Shown here in pieces: positions 38,086 to 48,144 of a stretch of DNA of 64,000 nt. Under the pieces are notes generated by a model that ran no database searches, had not been told where the DNA came from, and saw only the letters and a program-made list of their open reading frames with translations. A program made the position numbers and the translations under genes. Origin of the DNA: an uncultured virus (IMG/VR IMGVR_UViG_3300024308_000304) (taxonomy: Duplodnaviria > Heunggongvirae > Uroviricota > Caudoviricetes); the IMG/VR virus record IMGVR_UViG_3300024308_000304; one strand, 5' to 3'. Within the stretch, counting starts at the first letter, position 1; each line of letters opens with the position of its first letter.

Positions 38086-39372
38086 TTATTTATTAATATG
38101 ATTTTGGAAATCAATATTAAATGCAAAACCTAAATTTAACATTTCATGATGTATTTTATCATGACTCCAGTTAGTTTCAAAAAAATAACTATTACCATGA
38201 ACATTATAAATATTCCATTCTTTTGGGAAGAACGTTCCTAATATATCACAATCTTGATCATATTCACACTTATAATGCTCCCAAATTTTTACAGGAGTGG
38301 TCAATATAACCGTCCCACCCTCAACTTTATCTCTCTTAAATATAGCAAATAAAAAATCAGACGAATTTGTATAGCTAGATTGATCAAAGTAATCAAAGTT
38401 ATTGGTTGATGAATATTCAGTGTGCTCAGTAGAAGGTTCTTTGAGTTCAACATCACGATGAATGAATTCATCAAATTTTTTGTCATATATAAAGCCTTGT
38501 TTAATCATAATACTGTGAATTTCTTCATTTGAAAGATCTGTTTCCATCATCCATGTTCCACATTCATTTACATCGTCAATAATCCATTCTTTTGGGACGA
38601 ATTTAGCTGGTGTGTAATCTGGTTGATCATACATGCAATTTTGCATATTCCAATACTTAATTGGAGTGATCAAAATAGTTTTAAATCCACGCATACCATA
38701 ATCTTCTTCGCCTCGCCAAACAGTAAATACATAATCTGCTGCAGTTTTTAATTTTTTTTGTTTGCTTTCTTTTTCTGGTGGCTCATCTTTGTTGATATAA
38801 TCGTCAAATTCTTGATCAAAAGTGAACCCAATTTTTATTAACTCTTTTTTAATTTTCGCATTGGTTAATTCTGTTTCGAATACCCATGTACCAGATTCAT
38901 TCACATCTTCAATTAGCCAATCTTTTGGGAAAAATTCTGCTGGTGTTTCATCAGGAGTACATGACTGTGCTTTGTGCTCTTTCCAGTGGCTTAATTTATT
39001 AATATAGATTACTGTTTCATCTTCACTTTGAATATCATAATCAAATCCTCGCCAAATAGAGAATACATAATCAGAAGCTTTCAATCCATTAGAGGCTACC
39101 TTTTCAAAACCATCTTTGAAAGCATTACGATCTTCTTGAGTTACATGATAATTAAGAGGGTTTGCATTTTTTCTTTCTAAAGATTCATTTTCTTGAACCA
39201 GAGATAATACACCATCGTTTTCTACAATACCAACCATCTTATCGCCATTATATTGAAATACTCTCACATCTTGGTTTGCAGAGTTTTTGTATTTTGTTAC
39301 ACGTTTCCAACCACTTGCTTTAGTATCAGGAAAAAGCTTAATTAAATAGTTCTTACAATCTGCTGTACTCAT
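38086..39372 (-). CDS. Hypothetical protein with three ~105-aa repeats
   Basis: Repeated D(Y/F)xFxxW/F...PKxW...ET...GFxFD units. Confidence 0.8.
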   Translation of the reverse strand: MSTADCKNYLIKLFPDTKASGWKRVTKYKNSANQDVRVFQYNGDKMVGIVENDGVLSLVQENESLERKNANPLNYHVTQEDRNAFKDGFEKVASNGLKASDYVFSIWRGFDYDIQSEDETVIYINKLSHWKEHKAQSCTPDETPAEFFPKDWLIEDVNESGTWVFETELTNAKIKKELIKIGFTFDQEFDDYINKDEPPEKESKQKKLKTAADYVFTVWRGEEDYGMRGFKTILITPIKYWNMQNCMYDQPDYTPAKFVPKEWIIDDVNECGTWMMETDLSNEEIHSIMIKQGFIYDKKFDEFIHRDVELKEPSTEHTEYSSTNNFDYFDQSSYTNSSDFLFAIFKRDKVEGGTVILTTPVKIWEHYKCEYDQDCDILGTFFPKEWNIYNVHGNSYFFETNWSHDKIHHEMLNLGFAFNIDFQNHINK

Positions 39373-39832
39373 TTATTATCCTCCAATAAGGTTATATATT
39401 GTACAATAAAATAGACAAATTATCAACTTATTTTTATATATTGCATTTCTCAAAAATATAACCTAACGATAAAGTAGAGTAAATACCAGATGAATCTTGG
39501 TTATTAGCGTCTTTAATAGATTTAATGATTTCATTTTTGACGTTACTTGGACATTTTTTCAGATTACTTTGCATTATAGATCCCCATTCATATGTATTTT
39601 TAGAACTGATACTTACATTGTCAAAACAAAAATATCAATTTTTCTGTACTTTTTCCTAAATTATTTATAGGAAGAAAAATAAAACACTATAATAACATTT
39701 ATCGATAAAAATAGCAATTATTTTTAAGTATATATGTATTTTGCTTAAAAATTAAGTTTTTTATATTGCTTTCTATTGACTTTATTATTTTTAGATCTAC
39801 TCTATTTTTAACTTATTAAAATGGAGTTTCTT

Positions 39833-40558
39833 ATGAACGAAAAGGTAATAGAGGTGACTATCACTTCAAAAGATGTTCACATGAACAATGATCACAAAAT
39901 AGATTCAACAATGACTATCACTCAACAAGACAAACAATCTACTACACCTGTCTTTAGCCCAAATGGTTCTTATTTTCACCTAATAAGAACAGAAACAAAA
40001 ACTAAATATCAAGATACATCTTATTATGATAACTACACTGTAACCAAAATTGAGGCTATTGATAAAGATGACAAAAAATATACTCTAAGAATCCTGAGAG
40101 AAGACTTTTTACCTATGGTTGGTGATACGTTGAAAGTCTGCATCAATGAACACAATATTATTATTGGTTACATACCTTATACAAATGCAGCACCCATTTC
40201 AATGATTAAACAACATAAATTTGATTCACTTGATTTTTATAGATGGTCGTTTATTATCCATGCGTTTCCAATTACGGCTCCATTTTATGCATTAGCTGGA
40301 TTAAAGCCCGTTAAAAGATTCTCTGACGGAGCATATAAAAATAGTTACTTCTTTGCTTTATTTGCCTTATTGATTGTCGCAATACAAGTCTATTCTTCAT
40401 ATAACCTATATCAATATGGTGGTGATGCGTTCTTAAAATCTATTATCGGATACGTTATATCAGGCGTTATCTATATCTCAGCCATGCTGTTGTTTGATGT
40501 CCGAGAATTTGCGAGTAAATCATTATACATATCAAAGATAAAACAAATGTTGAAATAA
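39833..40558 (+). CDS. Membrane hypothetical protein
   Basis: Soluble N-half, about 3 C-terminal TM segments. Confidence 0.7.
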   Translation: MNEKVIEVTITSKDVHMNNDHKIDSTMTITQQDKQSTTPVFSPNGSYFHLIRTETKTKYQDTSYYDNYTVTKIEAIDKDDKKYTLRILREDFLPMVGDTLKVCINEHNIIIGYIPYTNAAPISMIKQHKFDSLDFYRWSFIIHAFPITAPFYALAGLKPVKRFSDGAYKNSYFFALFALLIVAIQVYSSYNLYQYGGDAFLKSIIGYVISGVIYISAMLLFDVREFASKSLYISKIKQMLK

Positions 40559-40571
40559 ATAAGGAGTTTTT

Positions 40572-41267
40572 ATGTTTAAAATTTATAAATGCGAAGTGAG
40601 AGATAAGAAAAAACATCTTATCAAAGACGAAGAAACTAAATATGTTAGAGAATTAAATTCACATGAATCAAATAATTATTATCAAATTAAGAAAAAAGTA
40701 GGCGGTAAAGTTGCAGGTGACTATCATCTTTATTACTATGACTTAAAAGACATGGAAACAGGAAAGCTTTTCTCTATGAAAACAGAACATGATATAGAAA
40801 TTGATGATAAACCTTTGTATGTAGGTGCGGAGGTTGATGATATTGTTGCTTTCTCTAAAAATAAAATGACCAATGATGGTAATAACTACACTATGATCGA
40901 AACAAAATCATCTGGATTTAAACTCTCTGATATTTTTTATGGAATTGTGTTATTTGTTCTCTTGTTAGTGCCTTTAATATCGGTTGGTATCAACTGGTAC
41001 TTCATTAAAAGTGGAACTGACTTAATAAAGACAGATTACAAAGAATATCCAGCACTCATTATAAAAGGTATTTTATCTTGTATTGCTGCTTATCAAGTTT
41101 ACATTTATGTGATTGCTATGATATCTGGTTCGCATAATTTCTTTAACTTCATACAAGCTAAAACGTTCTCAACAGGAATGTTGTCAATTCTTGTGATATT
41201 ATTAAGCGTCGGCTATTTCAAATTAACCAGACAAAAAAATCTAGAACAATTTAAAACGTTAAAATAA
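40572..41267 (+). CDS. Membrane hypothetical protein
   Basis: Same architecture as the upstream gene; AAGGAG RBS. Confidence 0.7.
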   Translation: MFKIYKCEVRDKKKHLIKDEETKYVRELNSHESNNYYQIKKKVGGKVAGDYHLYYYDLKDMETGKLFSMKTEHDIEIDDKPLYVGAEVDDIVAFSKNKMTNDGNNYTMIETKSSGFKLSDIFYGIVLFVLLLVPLISVGINWYFIKSGTDLIKTDYKEYPALIIKGILSCIAAYQVYIYVIAMISGSHNFFNFIQAKTFSTGMLSILVILLSVGYFKLTRQKNLEQFKTLK

Positions 41268-41369
41268 AAAAAGAGCTTAAGCTCTTTTTTTTATAATGAA
41301 AATCATTTTGTTCTGCAAATAACTTTTTATATTTCCATTCTCATAATTTTTATCTTTTTCACCATGCCT

Positions 41370-41483
41370 TTAGAAAATGGGAACCCCTAGATTCATCAGG
41401 TGAGTATCAGATTGGGAATATTTTTCAATAGTCTGACATCCACTTGAAATTAAAATAGGTAATATGAGTATTAATTTTTTCAT
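41370..41483 (-). CDS. Possible 37-aa lipoprotein, not in ORF track
   Basis: MKKLILILPILISSGC lipoprotein-like signal; no clear RBS. Confidence 0.4.
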   Translation of the reverse strand: MKKLILILPILISSGCQTIEKYSQSDTHLMNLGVPIF

Positions 41484-41533
41484 CAAACAATAAATAGTTA
41501 ATTAAAATAATTTTACACTTTTAACATCATTAA

Positions 41534-42394
41534 TCAATATACAGTCATAGACAATAGATCTAGAGATTGCATAAATGACTCATTGCTCATTTTTACATTC
41601 ATATCAACAGACTGACATAATCCATGATTTAATCTTGTAACAACTAAATATTTTAAAATAAAATCAATATCAGAACGTTCAAACTTCCTACATTTAAACA
41701 TTTCTTCTCTTGAATATATTGCTTTATATTCTTTAAAATAATGTCTATCAACAATATAATTAGTATTGCTTTCAATATCAAAGAATATAACAGTATCTCC
41801 AATATGAAATGTGTTGACGTAAGTCATTGTCAAATCATCTTTAATAAAAGCATGAATCAATTGTTTAAAATCAAAATTCATAAATTCATCACTTCCATTT
41901 TTAATTAAAGCTGATGAATAGCTATTCACATATTCTGGAGAAACATGAAACAAACTATTAAATTTGTCATCATTTGAATAAGAATAAAATGCTTTACTCA
42001 TAGAAATATCTTGGAATGGTTTAAAATATTCCTTAAAAATAATATTAGAATTAAAAGCTTCAATGATTTCCCCAAGATAAGCATTATCAAACTTAGTCAG
42101 AGAACTAATATCAAATAGTTTAAACACAATGGATTCATCTAAGTTTGAAATAATTCGATAAATGAAATGACGCATTTCATACATAGCAAATCTAATGTAC
42201 CCATCAGGATCAGATGAAATATTTTCAATTGAAAACTCATATCGTGTATTATTGGTTTTTTGAATTTCAACTATCAATGAACATTCTGGTAGCTTACTCA
42301 AAATATAGGAAACCATATTTTTAACTTGATACGCAGTAATCTGCTCGAAACCAGTTTCCCGATTCAATGTGATTGTTGAAATATCTTTTGTCAT
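41534..42394 (-). CDS. Hypothetical protein (C-terminal motif family)
   Basis: GAGG RBS before MTKDIST; ends LDLLSMTVY. Confidence 0.7.
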   Translation of the reverse strand: MTKDISTITLNRETGFEQITAYQVKNMVSYILSKLPECSLIVEIQKTNNTRYEFSIENISSDPDGYIRFAMYEMRHFIYRIISNLDESIVFKLFDISSLTKFDNAYLGEIIEAFNSNIIFKEYFKPFQDISMSKAFYSYSNDDKFNSLFHVSPEYVNSYSSALIKNGSDEFMNFDFKQLIHAFIKDDLTMTYVNTFHIGDTVIFFDIESNTNYIVDRHYFKEYKAIYSREEMFKCRKFERSDIDFILKYLVVTRLNHGLCQSVDMNVKMSNESFMQSLDLLSMTVY

Positions 42395-42530
42395 TTGTAA
42401 GCCTCTATATTTTTGATGTGTAATTATACCATTAATCTCCCTTAAAAGCAATATATCAAAAAAAATGTAAAATTTTATATAATTATGAATACAAATATTT
42501 TTTTTTATGATATAATGATTAAGTTGAACA

Positions 42531-43124
42531 ATGATTAAGACAATGGCATATAATAACAATAAACCTAAAATAAGAGCATACATGGCTGGTCCTGATGTAT
42601 TCTTTCCAAACGCAATTGAAAATGCTGCAGTAGTAAGAGAATTATGTGAAAAATATGATATTGAAGCATTAATTCCTCTTGATAATGAAGTACAACACAC
42701 TAATGATAAAGTACAGATCTCTACAGATATTTTTGAAAAGAACGTCAGATTGCTTGAGAGTGCTGATATTGTAATAGCAAACTTATCACCATTTAGAGGC
42801 CCATCTGCTGATGTCGGAACTGTTTGGGAAATAGGATTTGGTTATGCTCAGAAAAAACCAATCTTTGCATTTACAAATGATACTAGAGAATATAAACATA
42901 GAGTAACTGCTGATGGTATGGCAATTGAAGATTTTGGAAACATTGATAATACAATGATAGATAAAAGTATAGTTAAAATATTTGACTCATTAGAAAATAC
43001 CTTAAAGTCAGAAGCATTAAGTAAAACTTTATTTTTATTGCAAAGACAAAAGATGGATGAATTTGTAGAAAAAGAAATTTTAACACCTAATGTACCTAAA
43101 AATCGTGCAAAGGTTAAAATGTAA
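42531..43124 (+). CDS. Nucleoside 2-deoxyribosyltransferase / N-glycosidase family
   Basis: YMAGPDVF, DIVIANL, DVGTVWEIGFGYA. Confidence 0.9.
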   Translation: MIKTMAYNNNKPKIRAYMAGPDVFFPNAIENAAVVRELCEKYDIEALIPLDNEVQHTNDKVQISTDIFEKNVRLLESADIVIANLSPFRGPSADVGTVWEIGFGYAQKKPIFAFTNDTREYKHRVTADGMAIEDFGNIDNTMIDKSIVKIFDSLENTLKSEALSKTLFLLQRQKMDEFVEKEILTPNVPKNRAKVKM

Positions 43125-43177
43125 TATTGCTATTGTATAATTCTTTGTTAAAATGGAGGTTTCAAGGGGAAACTTCC

Positions 43178-43708
43178 ATGACTATCAATAGATCATATAC
43201 AGTAAAAGAAATTTGTGAAAAACCGTTTAATGAAGAAAACATATCTGAATTCAAGAAAAAAATAAAAGATTTCAGATATAAGCAAGATAAGTTGGGTGTA
43301 CAATTATTATTCAGCTTTCCAATCATACTAATAGCGTCAATTTATTTATTCTATAAGATTATGGGTGAAAGCCTTGCAAACCACAATAGTGGAGATCAAT
43401 TTGTAATTTGGGCTGGTGCTGGTATTGCTATAACTGCAGCAATAGCTGCTGTCTTATTATCTATATATTTTTTAAGAATATATTTCAAACTACCACTTAA
43501 AATAATATTAGACAGAAATCAAAGAAGTGAACATTTAATGGATATCACATCTGAATCATTTGAAATTGCTAATGACTTTAACGTAGGTATGGTAAACAAT
43601 AAGCTTGCCCAAGATATGTATGCAAAAATACAGCAACAAAACAGAAAGGTTTATGTTTTTGAATACCAAATTATGCTCTATTTAAATGAAAAGATGCAAA
43701 AATTATAA
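43178..43708 (+). CDS. Two-TM membrane hypothetical protein
   Basis: Two hydrophobic helices; AAGGGG RBS. Confidence 0.65.
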   Translation: MTINRSYTVKEICEKPFNEENISEFKKKIKDFRYKQDKLGVQLLFSFPIILIASIYLFYKIMGESLANHNSGDQFVIWAGAGIAITAAIAAVLLSIYFLRIYFKLPLKIILDRNQRSEHLMDITSESFEIANDFNVGMVNNKLAQDMYAKIQQQNRKVYVFEYQIMLYLNEKMQKL

Positions 43709-43729
43709 AAGACACTTAGGTGTCTTTTT

Positions 43730-44407
43730 TTATACATCCATCATATCTAAAATTTCCATATATTTCTTGTGAGATGAAGCAATTTCTTCTATAGAGTAAT
43801 CATATAATCTCAAATCATTGAATTTCCTTTTTAACACCCTTGAGATAAGTCTAAGATCACTACTATCAAGAACAACATCAGGTATACTGGTATATGCTTT
43901 AATTAAATCATATTCTCTATTTTTACATATAAAGTTAAAATCAATCCGGTAAACATTAGGTTTAAGTTTAAAATTAAGTTTAAGAAAACTTGAATGTAAC
44001 TTTGCTGAAAGATTATTATCAGAATCTACAATTAACATTCTTTCAGAAGATTGTATTACACCAGCATTTTCAAAACTAAAATTGAGCAGTTTAGTATTGA
44101 TAGATAAATCGGTATCAAATAAATCTGAATGCAATTTTAATGAAAAAAAAGATTCAGAACCATAAGTTCCATGACCTTCAAGAAAACAAGAATATGATTT
44201 TTCAGTAATGCCCATACTTTTAAAGACAGGCATAGAAAATTGTAAGCTATTATCATCTTTGTCTAATACACATCTAAAAACAGCAATATTAAAAATATTT
44301 AAATTGAGTAGTAGATCATTTTTAAAATAACCTGATTGATAAATCTTACTGCAAATATCTTTTAATGCTAATTCATCTTGTTCTAAAGGATTGAGTGAAG
44401 AATGCAT
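43730..44407 (-). CDS. Hypothetical protein (C-terminal motif family)
   Basis: GGAG RBS; ends MEILDMMDV. Confidence 0.65.
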   Translation of the reverse strand: MHSSLNPLEQDELALKDICSKIYQSGYFKNDLLLNLNIFNIAVFRCVLDKDDNSLQFSMPVFKSMGITEKSYSCFLEGHGTYGSESFFSLKLHSDLFDTDLSINTKLLNFSFENAGVIQSSERMLIVDSDNNLSAKLHSSFLKLNFKLKPNVYRIDFNFICKNREYDLIKAYTSIPDVVLDSSDLRLISRVLKRKFNDLRLYDYSIEEIASSHKKYMEILDMMDV

Positions 44408-44556
44408 ATAAATTAACTCCAAAGAAAGCATTATTATACTACAACTACAAAATTCTATCAATTAATTTTTTCTATTGATGATATTTACATTTAAAATTGA
44501 TAATGAATTGATTTTATAAGGGCATAAGGTATAATTTAACTATTAATTTTTGATAG

Positions 44557-45504
<948 letters not shown>

Positions 45505-45529
45505 AAATAAAGCCTCCGATGAGGCTTTT

Positions 45530-46276
45530 TTAATAGGTTAAAATTTCTGAAAGTTCCACAAATTTATCAATATGTTCACTGTCCAAATACTCAGAAAAAT
45601 CAACTCCTTCATAAGCAGGAACCTTCATTTTCTTTAATTTTAAAGATATTGTTTTATCAGTTTTATAATTATACATAAAACCCAAATCTCTCGATGTAGG
45701 TACAAATTTATGATAATCTTCTAATATACGCCTTACAATATCGTAAGAGTTACATCTTCCTTGACTAGTTGGAACCGTCATTACAACAATACCATCTGGA
45801 TGATATGTATATGATGGATTTTCTGACTCTCTATAACTGTCTATAAATTTTATTGTTTGTAATGTAATTAAACTGTTTTTCAACGTAAAATTAATCTCTA
45901 AATCACCACTGATAACAGGATCAGGATAACGTTTTTTATCAATAAATAACTTTAATATTGTTATATAGTTATCCATAATGTTTAGTAATCTACTTTTTTC
46001 ATTAAGCAGAAGATTTTGATCTATTTGATTTCTAATATAATCAAGTCTACCATTAATAATAAGTGTACATAAGAATGTAGAATTATCTTTTTCAATCACT
46101 TTCAAATGAATGTCATTATGGATTCCAAAACAAATATCATAATCAGATAAGGGTGTCTTTTCACTTAATGATGCCAAATAAAACTTGTCTTTCAAATTAA
46201 ATTGAATATCAGTTTTATAAAAATTGAAAATTTTCAATAATTCTTGTAATAAAATATCTGAATTAATTTTATTCAT
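45530..46276 (-). CDS. Hypothetical protein, paralog of 46276..47085
   Basis: Shared IxGxxxY...EKS, (I/V)xFTL, FxEYL blocks. Confidence 0.7.
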   Translation of the reverse strand: MNKINSDILLQELLKIFNFYKTDIQFNLKDKFYLASLSEKTPLSDYDICFGIHNDIHLKVIEKDNSTFLCTLIINGRLDYIRNQIDQNLLLNEKSRLLNIMDNYITILKLFIDKKRYPDPVISGDLEINFTLKNSLITLQTIKFIDSYRESENPSYTYHPDGIVVMTVPTSQGRCNSYDIVRRILEDYHKFVPTSRDLGFMYNYKTDKTISLKLKKMKVPAYEGVDFSEYLDSEHIDKFVELSEILTY

Positions 46277-47085
46277 TAATACTTTACCAAAGAGATGAAA
46301 TCTAATGCTTCTTGAATATTATCTTCATAAAGATATTCATGAAAATTAACATTATTATCAAATTTGTCATTTAAAGAGTCCAACTTAGAAGAATGAATAT
46401 TATTATCAATACGAGATAAAACTAATCCTTGTGTTGGAAGATTGATAGAAGAAGCAGTATAACAATCATCTATAAAGAATAAACCTTTATAAAAATAGTG
46501 AGTCCTGTGATTTATATAAGATTTAATAGATTTTATAAAGTTGCCAGAAATATATTCATATGTTTTGATGTGATCAAGACACCAATCATGATTAACTAAA
46601 GTAAATTGAACATCAATACTTCCAACTATATGTGCCCCTTTACTATAATTGTCATTATAATTATCTTCATCACCTTGTAGAATAATTTTATAATAATTTT
46701 CAATAGCTTTTAAATAATTTGATTTTTCCTCAAAATTAAGGATGTTTTCGAACTGTGCCAACATGTAATTGGCATCCCCTGAAATAGTAATTTGAAATTT
46801 TCGAAAAGCATTTTTAGTTTTCAAAACAGTAACTGTTACACTATTTTCTTTGTCAAAGTCTTTAATCATATTAATAACTGAACTATATTGAATATCTGAT
46901 TTAGACATATAATAATTCTTTGTTTCATAATAATTTTTACGATGTTTTCTGGAATAAGCATTATGTCTCTTATCAATATATTTTTTAGACCATTTAAGAT
47001 CTTTATGATCAATCATACTAAAATTCAACAAATCAATATTAAGAAAATTATTGAGCACATCTACATTTAATTTGTGATTTTTCAT
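46276..47085 (-). CDS. Hypothetical protein, paralog of 45530..46276
   Basis: Translationally coupled to the nadR-like gene. Confidence 0.7.
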   Translation of the reverse strand: MKNHKLNVDVLNNFLNIDLLNFSMIDHKDLKWSKKYIDKRHNAYSRKHRKNYYETKNYYMSKSDIQYSSVINMIKDFDKENSVTVTVLKTKNAFRKFQITISGDANYMLAQFENILNFEEKSNYLKAIENYYKIILQGDEDNYNDNYSKGAHIVGSIDVQFTLVNHDWCLDHIKTYEYISGNFIKSIKSYINHRTHYFYKGLFFIDDCYTASSINLPTQGLVLSRIDNNIHSSKLDSLNDKFDNNVNFHEYLYEDNIQEALDFISLVKY

Positions 47086-48101
47086 ATTGCATCCTTATAA
47101 ATTTGTTTTGCATTGTTGCTGAAATAACTTAAAGCTTCATTAGCATTTAATTCTATAAATTTTTTACCATAAAGAACTAACTCTTTTTTAAATTCATCAT
47201 GAAACCAATTTCGATCTACTTCATTTTCAAAATAACGATAAGTTTCATCAACCCAAGGGATAGATGGTGATAAAAGAACATAGAAACCATCTTTTTGTTT
47301 ATTGATAATATTATCAAAAAACTCTATTCCATCATTTCCAAAAAACTTTCGATACCAAATTTTAGATGAGATAGCATCAGTATCATGGAAACAGAAAATG
47401 TTACTTTCTTTTCGTACAGTATTTTGCAAGGCTAACTGACCACGAACAATGTTGTACATGTCATTAGGTGAAATATCGCTACCTTTTTCCGCAATATAAT
47501 CAATTGCATATTCAGGGACGTTAATTGTTTTATATTCCTGAGCTAGTTTCTTTGCTAAAGTAGTTTTGCCAGTGGATTCACCACCAACAATAAAAATATC
47601 TTTAGTTAAATAATCATTAGTAACATTAGGAATGAATTTTTTTACATTGAGAAAATCTTCTTGATTTCCATCAAGATAAGCATCAATAGCATTACGAATA
47701 ATAGTTGCAGAAATAGGATAAATGGTTCTTGCTTTATCAACCATGATATATTCACAACCAATGACTTCGCCTAATTTTTTAATATAATCCATAGATCCAA
47801 TAATATAATCGGGTTTATAGCCTACGTTTCTGACAATATAGTCTCGCCAAGCCTCCCAAAAAACAGGAGATTCTTCTGGTTCCTGAAAAGTAACTTCATC
47901 AATGCCTTTAACGATAACATCAGGAAAACGTGCAGAAACAATATCTACACGATCTTTCAGATTCATTGTGTCTACATGCAAAGGAAGGTTATCGACAAGA
48001 ACAGTAATTTCATCTACAAAATTTTTGGCAAATTCAATTAAATAAACATGCCCCTCATGAAGAGGCATAAACTTACCAATAACAACACCAGTAGTAGTCA
48101 T
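47082..48101 (-). CDS. nadR: NadR-like NMN adenylyltransferase / ribosylnicotinamide kinase (no HTH)
   Basis: GKFMPLHEGH, ISATIIR, GGESTGKTTLA, DTDAI. Confidence 0.88.
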   Translation of the reverse strand: MTTTGVVIGKFMPLHEGHVYLIEFAKNFVDEITVLVDNLPLHVDTMNLKDRVDIVSARFPDVIVKGIDEVTFQEPEESPVFWEAWRDYIVRNVGYKPDYIIGSMDYIKKLGEVIGCEYIMVDKARTIYPISATIIRNAIDAYLDGNQEDFLNVKKFIPNVTNDYLTKDIFIVGGESTGKTTLAKKLAQEYKTINVPEYAIDYIAEKGSDISPNDMYNIVRGQLALQNTVRKESNIFCFHDTDAISSKIWYRKFFGNDGIEFFDNIINKQKDGFYVLLSPSIPWVDETYRYFENEVDRNWFHDEFKKELVLYGKKFIELNANEALSYFSNNAKQIYKDAI

Positions 48102-48144
48102 AAAAATCTCCTATAATCACTGGATTATATAGGAATTTAAAAAA

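Noticed and set aside
42395..42700. 388-aa version of ORF 41534..42700
   Set aside because: The extension overlaps the deoxyribosyltransferase gene on the other strand; the RBS-supported start is 42394.
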